Positions 1-15,046 of a DNA stretch of 64,000 nt are shown here, piece after piece. The notes beneath the pieces are model-generated. The model ran no database searches. It was not told the origin of the DNA and saw nothing but the letters and a program-made list of their open reading frames with translations. Position 1 is the first letter of the stretch. Every line of letters begins with the position of its first letter. The position numbers and the translations under genes were made by a program. The DNA comes from Opitutia bacterium (GTDB lineage: Bacteria > Verrucomicrobiota > Verrucomicrobiia > Opitutales > Opitutaceae). The DNA is taken from NCBI GenBank assembly GCA_947478395.1, contig CANJVR010000001.1:384001-448000 (forward strand). The letters run 5' to 3'.

Positions 1-1032
1 GGCCAGACCGGCGAGCTTGGCTTTATCGTTGACGACCGCCTCGACTGGCTGGCCATCGCTATCCTGGCCGTGCATCGGCGGAACGTCGATCGGGCTTGGG
101 AGGTAATTGACGACGCAATCAAGGAGACGCTGGACGCCCTTCTTCTTGAAGGCTGAACCGGGAAACACACCGGTAAATTGAAGCGAAATCGTAGCTTTGC
201 GGACGGCGAGCAGCAACTCGTCGACGCTGATCGCTTCGCCATTCAGGTATTTCTCAGCGAGGACGTCATCGAAATCGGAAACCGCCTCAATGAGCTTCTC
301 GCGGTATTCCTTCGCCTGGGCCTTCATGGCGTCAGGGATTTCGATCGTTGTCGGCTTCATGCCGAGCGGATCAGCTGGGTTTTCGTCGAAAGAATAAGCG
401 ACGTTTTGGACCAAATCGACGAGACCGGTGAAATTTTCCTCGGCGCCTATCGGCAGGTAGAGAGCGTGGGCGTTAGCCTTAAGCTTCGTCCGGATGTCGT
501 CGATACAGCGGAAGAAATTCGCGCCGACACGGTCCATCTTGTTGATGAACGCGATGCGCGGAACCTTATACTTGTTGGCCTGACGCCAAACTGTCTCGGA
601 TTGAGGCTGCACTCCAGCCACCGCATCGAAAACCGCAACTGCACCGTCAAGGACGCGCAGAGAACGCTCGACCTCGGCCGTGAAATCCACGTGTCCGGGA
701 GTGTCGATGATGTTGATACGTTGCTTGATTCCTTTCCAGGGCCCCCAAGAGGCATTCCACGCGCAAGAAATAGCGGCCGCGGTGATCGTGATGCCACGCT
801 CGCGTTCCTGTTCCATCCAGTCGGTCACCGTAGTGCCCTCATGGACCTCGCCCATCTTATGCACGGCACCCGAGTAGAAAAGAATACGCTCGGTCGTCGT
901 CGTCTTGCCCGCATCGATGTGCGCGGCGATGCCGATATTGCGCGTCCACTCAAGCGGGAACGGGCGATCTTTGGAGTTGACCGGCGAAACTTTCGCCTTG
1001 TCGGTAACGATAGTGATGGACGATGTAGCCAC
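1..1032 (-). CDS. fusA: Elongation factor G, N-terminal part (runs off the window edge)
   Basis: Manual minus-strand translation from GTG at 1032 gives ...[18 protein letters not shown]..., the EF-G G1 motif; lies downstream of rpsG. Confidence 0.96.
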   Translation of the reverse strand, partial: MATSSITIVTDKAKVSPVNSKDRPFPLEWTRNIGIAAHIDAGKTTTTERILFYSGAVHKMGEVHEGTTVTDWMEQERERGITITAAAISCAWNASWGPWKGIKQRINIIDTPGHVDFTAEVERSLRVLDGAVAVFDAVAGVQPQSETVWRQANKYKVPRIAFINKMDRVGANFFRCIDDIRTKLKANAHALYLPIGAEENFTGLVDLVQNVAYSFDENPADPLGMKPTTIEIPDAMKAQAKEYREKLIEAVSDFDDVLAEKYLNGEAISVDELLLAVRKATISLQFTGVFPGSAFKKKGVQRLLDCVVNYLPSPIDVPPMHGQDSDGQPVEAVVNDKAKLAGLA

Positions 1033-1066
1033 GGCGGTCAGGTGCAGGGAGAAACCGAAGGAAAAA

Positions 1067-1540
1067 TTACCAGCGAAGATGAGCGAACGCACGATTGGCC
1101 TGCGCCATCTTGTGCGTGTCTTCCTTCTTCTTAACGACTGAGCCGGTGTTATTGTAGGCGTCGATGATTTCGGCGGCCAAGGCATCCTTCATGGGAAGGC
1201 CCTTTCTCGAGCCGGCGGCGTCGACGATCCAACGCAACGCGAGACTCTCCTGACGTTCGAACGAAATTTCGATTGGTACCTGATAGGTCGCACCGCCAAC
1301 GCGGCGGCTCTTGACTTCCAGACGGGGGCGGGCGTTTTCCAACGCACCCAACATCAAATCCACCGGGTCTCCCTTTTCCAATTTTTCGGAGACCTTTTCG
1401 AACGCGCCGTATACGATGCGTTGGGCAATGTTCTTCTTGCCGCTCTTCATGATCACATTGACCAAGTGGGCGACGAGCGGGCTGTTGTAGCGGGCATCCG
1501 GCTCGACGTGACGTTTTGTAGCTCTGTGGCGACGGGACAT
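1067..1540 (-). CDS. rpsG: 30S ribosomal protein S7
   Basis: [19 protein letters not shown] and [12 protein letters not shown] motifs. Confidence 0.99.
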   Translation of the reverse strand: MSRRHRATKRHVEPDARYNSPLVAHLVNVIMKSGKKNIAQRIVYGAFEKVSEKLEKGDPVDLMLGALENARPRLEVKSRRVGGATYQVPIEISFERQESLALRWIVDAAGSRKGLPMKDALAAEIIDAYNNTGSVVKKKEDTHKMAQANRAFAHLRW

Positions 1541-1563
1541 GGTACGGGTATTCCTCGGTAAAA

Positions 1564-1947
1564 TTATTTCTTAGCAACCTTCGGACGTTTCACCCCGTAC
1601 TTTGAACGGCTGCGACGACGCTTCTCAACGCCAGTGGCATCGAGGGTGCCGCGCACGATGTGATAGCGAACGCCTGGCAAATCCTTCACGCGGCCACCTC
1701 GGACGAGCACAATTGAGTGCTCTTGGAGATTATGGCCTTCGTCCGGGATGTAGGAGATCACTTCGTTGCCATTGGTGAGCCGAACCTTCGCCACCTTACG
1801 GATGGCGGAATTGGGCTTCTTCGGCGTGCGGGTCATGACCTGCACGCACACGCCACGCCGAAACGGATTACCCATCAAAGCGGGTGACTTTGACTTTGCG
1901 CGCACGGCGCGACGGCCTTTGCGCACGAGTTGGTTGATGGTCGGCAT
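1564..1947 (-). CDS. rpsL: 30S ribosomal protein S12
   Basis: [27 protein letters not shown]. Confidence 0.99.
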   Translation of the reverse strand: MPTINQLVRKGRRAVRAKSKSPALMGNPFRRGVCVQVMTRTPKKPNSAIRKVAKVRLTNGNEVISYIPDEGHNLQEHSIVLVRGGRVKDLPGVRYHIVRGTLDATGVEKRRRSRSKYGVKRPKVAKK

Positions 1948-1983
1948 ACGAAGATTAGAGTGAGAATTTGAGAAAAGAGGTGG

Positions 1984-2011
1984 AAGCTACCATTCACGAA
2001 ATCCGCGGCAA
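1984..2011 (-). promoter_or_regulatory. Putative sigma70 promoter for rpsL-rpsG-fusA
   Basis: Minus strand TTGCCG-16 nt-TAGCTT with TG extended -10, about 36 nt upstream of the rpsL ATG. Confidence 0.5.
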
Positions 2012-2202
2012 GAACTTTCTGGCGAAAAGTAAGAATTGTCGCGAAGTCCGTTTTATCGGTCTGTGCCAGGCGGGAAAAACTCGTTCCAACTTTCATCGCG
2101 ATCTCCTGCGGCTCAGGTATAGGTCACGCTTCAACTCGTGCAAATCCACGACGCTCTCATCGACGGTTGCAGTTCGGCCACGCCCCAGTTGCGTTTAGCT
2201 TA

Positions 2203-3573
2203 ATGGCTGTCAGGTCAACCCGAATGCGGTCTCCTAAGCGCGTCGCTGCTTTTTCGCTCTACGTCTGCGTGAGTTTCGCCGGGTGCACGTCGGACCACGC
2301 GCTACAAAGTTCAGCGATTCATCGGCGCGCTATGCCCACGATTAATCCACCCCCGACCACGTTAGCTCCGGCGGAATCCGAAAGTGAATTACTGGCCCGT
2401 GCCTCACGCCTCGCATTGAGCGGAGATTTTCCGACAGCGTTGAGCGCTCTGAGTGTCCATCGTACAGCCACGGAAAGCGGGCGGTTGGAAATCGGCCTCG
2501 TCACTGGGCTCGCAGCCACAAAGCCAACCGTCGCAGCCAGGGTTGCTGTTGCCCTGCCCTCTGGCCCGACGCAGACCGCCGCATTCGAAATTGTAGCTCG
2601 AGCGCTCGTGACGCAAAATCCTTCGGCGGCGACCGAATGGGCTTTGCAGTATTCCGATTCGGTGCTGGCGCCGGCGATACGCCAAGCAATTGGGTGGGAA
2701 TTGGGGCGCGAAAGCGCCCACGCCAACTTCGCCCGAATCAAGCTCCTCCCCGCTTCACCGGCCCGTAATCATCTGCTCGGGGAAACGGTCGCAGGATGGG
2801 CCAGCTACGAGGAGAATGCCCCTCTTTCGGCGGTCGATGATTTTCCGGATGGCGAGCTCCGTAAGAATCTCACCACTCGCGTCGCTTTTCAAATTGCGCA
2901 GCGCGATCCCTTGCGGGCTCTCACGGTCGCCGCATCGCTGCCGGCTGGGCGCGATCGCTGGATAATTTTTTCGGCCGCGGCCCAGACTTGGATTGCACTT
3001 GATCCTTCGGCTGCGATGGCGTGGGCCCAGGGATTGCCGGCCGGAGCGGCCCGCGATGCTGCGTTCGCTGGCATCGACACCGGATTAGGTGGAGCGGCCC
3101 GGCGCCCGGCTAGCGTCGCCCCTCGCCTCAGCACCGGACGATCGCCAGTCATCGGAGGAAGTACAGCGACTGCCATCATCGCCGAATCCGAAACCAGCAT
3201 ACCCTCCTTCGCCAACTGGCTCGCCACGCAGTCTCGCCCCATGACCCGCGACGAGGCGGTCTTGGAATTCATCCGACAGCGCGGGGCGACCGACGCCGGC
3301 GCAATCGGGAATTGGATCACCACGTTGCCCGGCGGAACCACCCGTCAACAAGCGATCGAGATATATTTCGATCAATTGCTGCGCTCTTCTCCCTCTGCGG
3401 CGGCAGACTGGCTGCGCACGATTCCGGGCGAAGACCGCCATGACGACATGATCGAGCGCACCGTCCGCCAGTGGCTTCAAACTGATCCGCGCTCCGCGGA
3501 AATCTGGCTGCGCGACTCCCCTATTCCCGCCCATCGCAGAGAGGAATTGTTGAGAAACGTTCCTCGGCTATGA
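2203..3573 (+). CDS. Hypothetical lipoprotein with alpha-helical repeats (start uncertain: 2203 or 2224)
   Basis: Lipobox-like SFAGC; recurring (W)xxxDPxAAxxWxxxLPxG motif. Confidence 0.7.
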   Translation: MAVRSTRMRSPKRVAAFSLYVCVSFAGCTSDHALQSSAIHRRAMPTINPPPTTLAPAESESELLARASRLALSGDFPTALSALSVHRTATESGRLEIGLVTGLAATKPTVAARVAVALPSGPTQTAAFEIVARALVTQNPSAATEWALQYSDSVLAPAIRQAIGWELGRESAHANFARIKLLPASPARNHLLGETVAGWASYEENAPLSAVDDFPDGELRKNLTTRVAFQIAQRDPLRALTVAASLPAGRDRWIIFSAAAQTWIALDPSAAMAWAQGLPAGAARDAAFAGIDTGLGGAARRPASVAPRLSTGRSPVIGGSTATAIIAESETSIPSFANWLATQSRPMTRDEAVLEFIRQRGATDAGAIGNWITTLPGGTTRQQAIEIYFDQLLRSSPSAAADWLRTIPGEDRHDDMIERTVRQWLQTDPRSAEIWLRDSPIPAHRREELLRNVPRL

Positions 3574-3943
3574 ATTACACGGCGGCGCAGAACCGACGGT
3601 AAACAAGCTCAACCAACCCCGCCCTGTTCCGCCCTTTTCTTAGAGGAAACCCGGTTCGGTTCCTCTCGAGCGAAGAATGGCGCCGGACTGATTGCCCCCT
3701 GCAGCCGCAACAATGCAGTCGAAATCGCAGCGGAGCTGCTCGCTCCCAAGCGCGAAAGCGTCCGCCAGCGGACCGGCCTTTGAAGTCACCGAAGCAGGAA
3801 GAGCGCTGAGGGCCCTTCCTTTTCGACGGCATCGGTTCGGCTCAAGACGGGTGGCGCACAGCCCGCATGCGGCAAACTCAAGGTCTTGAGCCTGCCGAAA
3901 GGCGTTGGGTTGTGTCCGGCTATTTTGAGAGGCCTATAAATAA

Positions 3944-3971
3944 AAAGCCGCGGACTTTCGTCCGCGGCTTT
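3944..3971 (-). terminator. Intrinsic terminator of rpoC
   Basis: Minus strand AAAGCCGCGGAC-GAAA-GTCCGCGGCTTT followed by T-rich sequence, 24 nt after the rpoC stop. Confidence 0.9.
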
Positions 3972-3995
3972 GAAACTGATTTTCGCCCGAGCTGA

Positions 3996-6900
3996 TTAGC
4001 TCGCGCTGGCTTCGGCCGGCTTTTCTTCCTCGACGGGTAGATCGGCGCCGAAGGGCAAGCTGATCTTGAGCTTCTTGTAGCGCGGCAGGCCTGTGCCCGC
4101 CGGGATCAAGTGACCCATGATCACGTTTTCCTTGAAGCCGCGGAGCATATCCACCTTGCCCAAGGTCGACGCATCCGTGAGGACGCGGGTCGTCTCTTGG
4201 AACGAAGCGGCCGAGATGAAGCTCTCGGTTTCGAGCGAAGCCTTGGTGATGCCAAGGAGAATCGGCTCGGCTTCGGCGGGCTTGCCACCGGCTTCCTCGA
4301 TCCGACGATTGTCGAGAAGGAACGCAGCGCGGTCGACCTGCTCGCCCCAGAAGTATTCGCTGTCGCCCGGATCGGTGATCCGAACTTTGCGCAACATCTG
4401 GCGGATGATGATCTCGATATGCTTGTCGTTAATCGTCACGCCTTGGAGACGATAAACTTCCTGCACCTGCGAAATCAGGAAGTCGTAGAGGGCAGACGGC
4501 CCGAGAATTTCCAAGATCTCGTGCGGGTCGGCGGAGCCTTCCGTGAGATGCTGGCCCTTGTGGACGACGTCGCCGGGTTGCACGATGATGTGCTTGCCGG
4601 TCGGGATGAGATGTTCCTCTTCCTGCGCGGTCTCTTCGTTTTTGACGACGAGCTTGCGCTTGCCACGGACGGTGCCTTCGAAGGCGACGACGCCATCGAT
4701 GCGGGCCATCTCGGCGGCATCCTTCGGACGCCGGGCTTCGAAAAGCTCGGCGACGCGGGGAAGACCACCGGTGATGTCCTTCGTCTTCGACGCCTGACGC
4801 GGAGTCTTGGCGAGGAGGGCGCCGGGGGCGATCGTGTCGCCCTCGTTGACCGAGATCTGCGCGCCGACGGGGATCGAATAGGACGCGAGCGGCTTGTTCT
4901 TGGAGTCGCGCACCTCGACCTGAGGATTGAGATCTTCCTTATGCTCGATAACGACCGTGGCGATGCGGCCCGACGATTCGTCGAGTTCGCGTTTCACGGT
5001 GACGCCGGGGATCATGTCCTTGAAGTGCAGCGTGCCGCCCTTTTCAGAGAGCACGGGAACGTTGTAAGGATCCCACTGCGCGAGGATTTCGCCCTTGGCG
5101 ATCTTTGCGCCATCGCCGACGTGAAGGAATGAACCGACCACGATGTTGTAGTTTTCGACTTCCTTACCCTCTTCGTCGATAACTTGGATTGTGCCGGTCT
5201 TGTTGAGGACGATGTTGCCACCCTCCGCGGTCTGCACGAGACGCAGGCCCTTGTATTTGATAACGCCGGCGCCACGGACGCGGATTTCAGGAGTCTTGAA
5301 TCCGCCAGAGGCGACACCACCGATGTGGAAGGTGCGCATCGTGAGCTGTGTGCCGGGTTCGCCGATCGACTGCGCGGCGATGATGCCGACGGAGTCACCG
5401 ATCTTGGCAACGCGGCTCGTGGCGGGATTGATGCCGTACGATTTCGCGTCGATGCCGGCCGGGCTCGTGCAAGTGAGCGGGGACATGACTTTGACGCGCT
5501 CGATGCCGACGTCGTCGATCTTGGAAGCGGCTTCCTCGGTGATGAGGTCGCCAGAGCCCACGATGAGTTCAGAGGGATTGAGCGGGTTGTACACGTCGTC
5601 GCTGGAGCAACGGCCGATGAGGCGCTCCTTGAGGGCGACGATTTCGTCGTCGCCTTCGAAGATCGCTTTCTTCCAGACACCATCGCGGGCGCCGGAGTCG
5701 TCTTCGCAGATGATGACGTCCATGGCGACGTCACACAATTTGCGCGTGAGGTAGCCAGCGTCCGCGGTCTTGAGCGCGGTGTCGGCGAGTCCCTTGCGGG
5801 CGCCGTGGGTTGAGATGAAGTATTCGAGGACGGTGAGACCCTCGCGGAACGAGGATAGAATCGGACGCTCGATGATTTCGCCCGATGGCTTGGCCATCAA
5901 ACCGCGGGCGCCGCACAGCTGGCGGACCTGCTGTTTGTTACCACGCGCACCAGAATCCATCATGATGTAAACTGGGTTTACCTCGGTCTTGCCTTCGTTG
6001 GTTTCGAGTTTGGCGAAAACCTCCTTGGCAATGCGGTCCGTGGCGTTGGTCCAGATGTCGACGACCTTGTTGTAGCGTTCGCCGTCCGTGATGATACCCT
6101 TGTTGAACTGGGCCTCGACCTCGGTGATTTTCTTCCGTGAATCGATCACGATGTCCTTCTTCGATTCGGGGATGATCATGTCATCGATACCGATCGAGAT
6201 GCCGGCTTGGAATGCGGTTTGGAAACCGAGCTCCTTCAGCTTGTCCAGCATCTCCACCGTCACGAGGTGACCGGCGGATTTGTAGGTATTGAGGATGAGG
6301 TCGCCCAACTTGGCCTTCGGCACCGGGAAGTTGATAAAGCCGAGTTCTACCGGCCAGATCTGGTTGAAGATCACGCGGCCGACGGTGGAACGGAGAATCT
6401 TTTTCTCCTTATTACCGTAGACCGTGTCGCGCCCAAAATCGGGATTCGGGACATCGACCCAATCGTGCATCTTGAACGCGCCATCCGCCTTAGCGTACAG
6501 CACTTCTTGAAGTCCGCTAACGAGGGGAACGCGGGTGCCCTTTTCGGCCTTCTTGCGGGGCTCGATGGTGAGATAGTAAGCGCCGAGGACGATGTCCTGC
6601 GACGGCGTGAGGATAGGCTTGCCCGAGGACGGCGAGAAAATGTTATTCGTCGCCATCATCAGTAGCTTGCACTCAAGGATGGCCTCGAGCGAAAGCGGCA
6701 CGTGCACCGCCATCTGGTCACCGTCGAAGTCCGCATTGTAAGCGGTACAAACGAGCGGGTGAACGCGGATGGCCTCGCCCTCGATCAGAACTGGCTCGAA
6801 CGCCTGGATCGACAAACGGTGAAGCGTCGGCGCGCGATTGAGCAGCACCGGGTGTCCCTTGGTGACTTCCTCGAGGATGTCCCAGACTTCCGGCGACTTC

Positions 6901-8132
6901 TTCTCGATCATCTTGCGCGCACCGCGGACGGTGTGCACGAAGCCGAGTTCCTTGAGGCGGCGAATGATGAACGGCTCGAAGAGCACGAGCGCCATTTTCT
7001 TCGGCAGACCACACTGGTGGAGCTTAAGCTCCGGACCGATGACGATGACCGAACGGCCGGAGTAATCGACGCGCTTGCCGAGCAAGTTCTGGCGGAAACG
7101 ACCCTGTTTACCCTTGAGCATATCGCTCAAAGATTTAAGCGGACGATTGCCGGCGCCTGTTACAGGACGGCCGTGGCGGCCGTTGTCGAAGAGCGCATCG
7201 ACGGCCTCTTGCAGCATGCGCTTTTCGTTATGGATGATAACGTCGGGCGTTTTCAGCTGCATCAGGTTTTTCAACCGGTTGTTGCGGTTGATGACGCGGC
7301 GATAGAGATCGTTGAGATCGGAAGTCGCGAAACGCCCCCCCTCGAGGGGAACGAGCGGACGCAAGTCGGGCGGGATAACCGGCAGCACTTCGAGCACCAT
7401 CCACTCCGGACGGGAGTTCGAGTGAATGAAGCCTTGGATGACCTTCAGACGCTTCGAGAGCTTCTTCTTGATCTGCTTCGATTTTGTCGCGCGCATCTGC
7501 TCGTGCAGCTCGGCGACCGTCGCTTCCATGTCCGTTTTGACGAGAGCGTCACGGACCGCTTCGGCACCCATCTTGGCGACAAAGGAGTCGGCGCCGTATT
7601 CATCGAGCGCCTGGCGGTACTCGGTGTCAGTGAGAAGCTGCTTCAGTTCGAGCGGGGTCTTGCCCGGATCGATCACCATGTAGTTCTCGTAGTAGATCAC
7701 GCGCTCGAGCGAACGCGCGGTCATATCGAGCAGCAGGCCGAGGCGGCTAGGCATCGACTTCAAGAACCAGATGTGGGTGACCGGCACGGCCATTTCGATA
7801 TGGCCCATACGTTCGCGACGGACGCGAGCGATCGTCACTTCGACGCCGCAGCGATCGCACACGACGTCCTTATATTTGATGCGTTTGTATTTTCCGCAGG
7901 CGCACTCGTAATCGCGCACCGGACCAAAAATCTTCTGGCAGAAGAGACCGCCCGGCTCGGGCTTGAAGGTGCGGTAATTGATCGTTTCCGGATTCTTTAC
8001 TTCGCCCTTAGACCATTTGCGGATGGTCTCGGGTGAAGCGACGGAGATGGAGACGCAGTCGAACGGGCTCTCTTCGAGTCCCAGTGCGGCGCGCGCTTCG
8101 GTGGAGGCGGCGGTATCGGCGGGTTGAATCAT
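3996..8132 (-). CDS. rpoC: RNA polymerase beta' subunit
   Basis: NADFDGD catalytic motif, N-terminal Zn finger, 1378 aa. Confidence 0.99.
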   Translation of the reverse strand: MIQPADTAASTEARAALGLEESPFDCVSISVASPETIRKWSKGEVKNPETINYRTFKPEPGGLFCQKIFGPVRDYECACGKYKRIKYKDVVCDRCGVEVTIARVRRERMGHIEMAVPVTHIWFLKSMPSRLGLLLDMTARSLERVIYYENYMVIDPGKTPLELKQLLTDTEYRQALDEYGADSFVAKMGAEAVRDALVKTDMEATVAELHEQMRATKSKQIKKKLSKRLKVIQGFIHSNSRPEWMVLEVLPVIPPDLRPLVPLEGGRFATSDLNDLYRRVINRNNRLKNLMQLKTPDVIIHNEKRMLQEAVDALFDNGRHGRPVTGAGNRPLKSLSDMLKGKQGRFRQNLLGKRVDYSGRSVIVIGPELKLHQCGLPKKMALVLFEPFIIRRLKELGFVHTVRGARKMIEKKSPEVWDILEEVTKGHPVLLNRAPTLHRLSIQAFEPVLIEGEAIRVHPLVCTAYNADFDGDQMAVHVPLSLEAILECKLLMMATNNIFSPSSGKPILTPSQDIVLGAYYLTIEPRKKAEKGTRVPLVSGLQEVLYAKADGAFKMHDWVDVPNPDFGRDTVYGNKEKKILRSTVGRVIFNQIWPVELGFINFPVPKAKLGDLILNTYKSAGHLVTVEMLDKLKELGFQTAFQAGISIGIDDMIIPESKKDIVIDSRKKITEVEAQFNKGIITDGERYNKVVDIWTNATDRIAKEVFAKLETNEGKTEVNPVYIMMDSGARGNKQQVRQLCGARGLMAKPSGEIIERPILSSFREGLTVLEYFISTHGARKGLADTALKTADAGYLTRKLCDVAMDVIICEDDSGARDGVWKKAIFEGDDEIVALKERLIGRCSSDDVYNPLNPSELIVGSGDLITEEAASKIDDVGIERVKVMSPLTCTSPAGIDAKSYGINPATSRVAKIGDSVGIIAAQSIGEPGTQLTMRTFHIGGVASGGFKTPEIRVRGAGVIKYKGLRLVQTAEGGNIVLNKTGTIQVIDEEGKEVENYNIVVGSFLHVGDGAKIAKGEILAQWDPYNVPVLSEKGGTLHFKDMIPGVTVKRELDESSGRIATVVIEHKEDLNPQVEVRDSKNKPLASYSIPVGAQISVNEGDTIAPGALLAKTPRQASKTKDITGGLPRVAELFEARRPKDAAEMARIDGVVAFEGTVRGKRKLVVKNEETAQEEEHLIPTGKHIIVQPGDVVHKGQHLTEGSADPHEILEILGPSALYDFLISQVQEVYRLQGVTINDKHIEIIIRQMLRKVRITDPGDSEYFWGEQVDRAAFLLDNRRIEEAGGKPAEAEPILLGITKASLETESFISAASFQETTRVLTDASTLGKVDMLRGFKENVIMGHLIPAGTGLPRYKKLKISLPFGADLPVEEEKPAEASAS

Positions 8133-8184
8133 GGGATGGCTCCTAGTTTCTGTTTAATAAAGTGAACGGGACTCGGACCACGGC

Positions 8185-11964
<3,780 letters not shown>

Positions 11965-12062
11965 GGGAATATCCGGTCAGAGGTGAGGGACGAAATGGAC
12001 AAAAATGCCGCGCAATCAGAGCGCGCAGCGAGAACCTAACGAAAGAACAATGAAAAAACCAA

Positions 12063-12093
12063 AGGACAGGCCGCGCAGCGCACGGCCTGTCCT
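12063..12093 (-). terminator. rplL-rpoB attenuator/terminator hairpin
   Basis: AGGACAGGCCG...CGGCCTGTCCT 11-bp stem followed on the minus strand by TTGGTTTTTT. Confidence 0.75.
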
Positions 12094-12132
12094 GAAGATT
12101 TGCGATGAAGTACGAACCGATCTGCCAAGTGA

Positions 12133-12513
12133 TTACTTGAGCTCGACCTTCGCGCCAGCGGCTTCGAGTTTCTTCTTGATATCCTCGGCTTCGACCTTGT
12201 TGACGCCCTCCTTGACATTCTTCGGAGCGGCCTCGACGAGATCCTTGGCCTCCTTGAGGCCGAGACCCGTGATAGCACGGACTTCTTTAATGACGCCGAT
12301 CTTGTTCGCGCCGGCCTCCTTGAGGACGACGGTGAACTCAGTCTTCTCTTCGACGACGGCGGCAGGGCCAGCAGCGGCAGCAGGGCCAGCAGCGGCAGCA
12401 GCAGCGGCGGAAACGCCCCATTTGCCTTCGAGATCTTTGACGAGGGCGGCGAGATCCAGCACGGTCTGCGCGGACAGCCACTCGATAACTTGGTCTTTGG
12501 TAATATTGCTCAT
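12133..12513 (-). CDS. rplL: 50S ribosomal protein L7/L12
   Basis: [20 protein letters not shown], Ala-rich hinge. Confidence 0.99.
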   Translation of the reverse strand: MSNITKDQVIEWLSAQTVLDLAALVKDLEGKWGVSAAAAAAAGPAAAAGPAAVVEEKTEFTVVLKEAGANKIGVIKEVRAITGLGLKEAKDLVEAAPKNVKEGVNKVEAEDIKKKLEAAGAKVELK

Positions 12514-12646
12514 GGTGATTTCTCCTTGGGTGGACTAGCGGTTTCGAAAAGTGAAACGCGTTTAAGGGACGTATCCCCTACTCCGGGTCCGATGGATTAT
12601 TGCTTCCCGACAACGCGTCCGTGAAGACGCGCCGCCAGAAAAATGG

Positions 12647-13135
12647 TTAGGCAGCGGGCTGCTCCTTTTTGACTTTCGCGTCGAGGACGCGAACGAAGGC
12701 CGCCGTGTTGCTCTTCAGCAATCCGAGGAACTGCGAACGCAGCGCTTCGAAAGGCGGCAGGTCGGCGATCTTCGAAAGGTCAGCGGCGGACACGAGTTTC
12801 TTGTCCAGCACGCCGATCTTCACTTCGAGCTTCTGCTTGTCCTCGAAAAATTTTTTCAGGACCTTGGCGACACCCGCGGCATTCTTGCCGCCGACGACGA
12901 CGGCCGTGGGGCCGGTAAGGGCGCTCTCAATCTCAGGCAGGCCTAGGGCCTTGGCCGCGACGCGGAGCGAACTGTTCTTAACAACGTGGAACTCGGCCTT
13001 TTCAGTGGCGAGCTTGGCCCGCAGGTCAGCGACATCAGCGACCGTCACCTTGGTGAAGTTCGCGAGGATGACGTAGTCGGATTTCTTGAGGTGGCTCTCC
13101 ACCTCGGCGATCAGGTAATTTTTTTCAGCTCTCAT
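12647..13135 (-). CDS. rplJ: 50S ribosomal protein L10
   Basis: FHVVKNS, LTGPTAV; position between rplA and rplL. Confidence 0.97.
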   Translation of the reverse strand: MRAEKNYLIAEVESHLKKSDYVILANFTKVTVADVADLRAKLATEKAEFHVVKNSSLRVAAKALGLPEIESALTGPTAVVVGGKNAAGVAKVLKKFFEDKQKLEVKIGVLDKKLVSAADLSKIADLPPFEALRSQFLGLLKSNTAAFVRVLDAKVKKEQPAA

Positions 13136-13149
13136 GGGTCGGATTCCGG

Positions 13150-13851
13150 TTAGTATTTGCTGTACTCGGTGGAGGCGATGCGGACGCCGGGGCTCATGCT
13201 GGCGGAAATGGTGACAGAATTGATGAAGGTACTGCCCTTGAAGGTCGCCGGCTTGGATTTGCCCACCGCATCGAGGACGGATTGGACGTTCTCCAGGATC
13301 TGTGCGGTCGTGAAGGAACGTTTACCCACGCCGACGCCAATGACGGCGGCCTTGTCCATCTTGAATTCCACGCGGCCGGCTTTGACCGCCTTGATTCCCG
13401 CGGCGATATCGTCAGTGACGGTGCCGCTCTTGGGATTCGGCATCAAGCCCTTCGGGCCGAGCACACGGGCCAGTGTGCGCACTTTTTTCATCGCTTCGAC
13501 CGTCGAGATTGCGACGTCGAAATCGAGCCAGCCTTCGTTGTTGATCTTCAGCATCACGTCGTCGAGACCGGCGGTATCCGCTCCCGCGGCGAGCGCATCG
13601 GCGGGATTGTCGGTGAACACGAGGACCCGGACCTTCTTGCCCGAACCATTTGGCAGCGGCGTCGTGCCGCGCACATTTTGGTCACCCGAAGCGGCGTCGA
13701 CGCCGAGGCGGAATGAAAGTTCGACCGTCTCGTCGAATTTGGCTTTCGGGAATTTGTTCAGAATCTCGACCGCATCCGCGAGGGAATAGGCCTTGGTGAG
13801 ATCGGCGGTTTTGACCGCGCTGATGTAGCGCTTGCTGTGTTTTTGTGGCAT
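13150..13851 (-). CDS. rplA: 50S ribosomal protein L1
   Basis: KFDETVEL, LGPKGLMPNPKSGTV; ATG at 13851 preceded by AAGGAG. Confidence 0.98.
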   Translation of the reverse strand: MPQKHSKRYISAVKTADLTKAYSLADAVEILNKFPKAKFDETVELSFRLGVDAASGDQNVRGTTPLPNGSGKKVRVLVFTDNPADALAAGADTAGLDDVMLKINNEGWLDFDVAISTVEAMKKVRTLARVLGPKGLMPNPKSGTVTDDIAAGIKAVKAGRVEFKMDKAAVIGVGVGKRSFTTAQILENVQSVLDAVGKSKPATFKGSTFINSVTISASMSPGVRIASTEYSKY

Positions 13852-13863
13852 GGACGACTCCTT

Positions 13864-13892
13864 GCGGTACGAGCGTTCCGAAGAACTCCCGC
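13864..13892 (-). promoter_or_regulatory. Putative L1 autoregulatory binding site upstream of rplA
   Basis: Minus strand GCGGGAGUUC-UUCG-GAAC-GCUCGUA-CCGC: stem, asymmetric loop with GGGAG and a UUCG-capped hairpin, as in known L1 operators, immediately before the SD. Confidence 0.7.
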
Positions 13893-13921
13893 GTGAGTTG
13901 GTTTTGGTTGTGACGAAAAAA

Positions 13922-14347
13922 TTAACCGACGACTTCGATACCCATGTTGCGGGCGGTACCGGCAATGATCTTGATCCCAGCCTCGTCGTCCTTGGCGTTA
14001 AGATCCTTGGCCTTCAGCTTGTAGATCTCGAGGAGCTGTTTCTTGGTGACCTTGCCCACTTTATCCTGATTAGGCTTGGCCGAGCCGCTCGCGATGTTGG
14101 CGGCTTTTTTCAGCAGCACCGAAGCCGGGGGCGATTTGAGGATGAACGTGAAGCTCTTATCGGAAAAAACCGTGATGACCACGGGCAGGATCATGCCATT
14201 CTGGTCTTTGGTGCGCGCGTTGAAGTCCTTACAAAACGCCATGATGTTGACGCCTTGGGCACCGAGTGCGGGGCCGACCGGAGGCGCGGGGTTGGCGGCG
14301 CCAGCAGGGAGTTGGAGACGAATGTAGCCTTGGATCTTCTTAGCCAT
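13922..14347 (-). CDS. rplK: 50S ribosomal protein L11
   Basis: [22 protein letters not shown]. Confidence 0.99.
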   Translation of the reverse strand: MAKKIQGYIRLQLPAGAANPAPPVGPALGAQGVNIMAFCKDFNARTKDQNGMILPVVITVFSDKSFTFILKSPPASVLLKKAANIASGSAKPNQDKVGKVTKKQLLEIYKLKAKDLNAKDDEAGIKIIAGTARNMGIEVVG

Positions 14348-14360
14348 GGGAAATTATTTT

Positions 14361-14447
14361 ATGATTTTTGAGTTTCGATTCTCGATTTGAGAGGACTTCG
14401 AGTCGTGTGAGGTAGACGAAAATCCAAAATCGGAATTCTAAAATTTG
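14361..14447. repeat. Inverted degenerate 7-mer arrays (TCGATTT x4 / AAATCGA x4) around a 31-nt core
   Basis: ATGATTT TTGAGTT TCGATTC TCGATTT (14361-14388) and AAATCCA AAATCGG AATTCTA AAATTTG (14420-14447). Confidence 0.75.
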
Positions 14448-14452
14448 TTAGG

Positions 14453-15034
14453 TCACTCGGTATTGCGCTGGACCTGCCAGTATTCGAGTTCGACGGGAGT
14501 GAAACGGCCGAAGATGGAAACTGATACCTTGAGCTTGCCGCGATCTGGATCGATCTCGTCGATACGGCCCGTTAGACTGGCGAAGGCGCCGTCAGTGATC
14601 TTAACTTCCTCGCCCACAGTATACTGGACCTTGGGCACTTCCTTGCCATTTGCCGCTTCGATGCGGGAGCGGATTTCGACGATCTCGGACGGTTGCAGCG
14701 CCGCCGGACGTTCGCCACCGACAAAACCGATCACGCCAGCCACTTCCTTAACAAAGTACCACGGCTTGTTGATAACTTTTTTGTCCTCACCGTAGAGGCA
14801 CATTTGAATGAAAACGTAGCCTGGATAGAGCTTGCGGACTTTGGTGCTCTTCTTGCCGTTCTTTACCTCGGAAACGACTTCGGTCGGCAGCAAGACTTCG
14901 AAAATAGAATCCTCGAGCTCCTCGGCTTTTTTGAATCGCTCGATGTAAGCCTTCACCTTGTTCTCCTGGCCGGAGAGCGTGTGTAAAGCGAACCATTGAG
15001 CGCTGGCGGGCGCGACGACAGTTGGGGTGGACAT
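14453..15034 (-). CDS. nusG: Transcription termination/antitermination factor NusG
   Basis: WFALHTLSGQE, LYPGYVF, KOW region VSIFGRFTPVEL; alternative GTG start at 15043. Confidence 0.98.
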   Translation of the reverse strand: MSTPTVVAPASAQWFALHTLSGQENKVKAYIERFKKAEELEDSIFEVLLPTEVVSEVKNGKKSTKVRKLYPGYVFIQMCLYGEDKKVINKPWYFVKEVAGVIGFVGGERPAALQPSEIVEIRSRIEAANGKEVPKVQYTVGEEVKITDGAFASLTGRIDEIDPDRGKLKVSVSIFGRFTPVELEYWQVQRNTE

Positions 15035-15046
15035 GGCAGGCACGGG

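Noticed and set aside
178..1134. 318-aa plus-strand ORF, and similar long antisense ORFs at 6702-8036, 50158-51663 and 60732-62270
   Set aside because: Shadow frames opposite fusA, rpoC, ptsI and oppA, expected from high-GC codon bias; no recognisable motifs.
12362..12397. 18-bp perfect tandem duplication in rplL
   Set aside because: Encodes the variable Ala/Gly/Pro hinge of L7/L12; ordinary.
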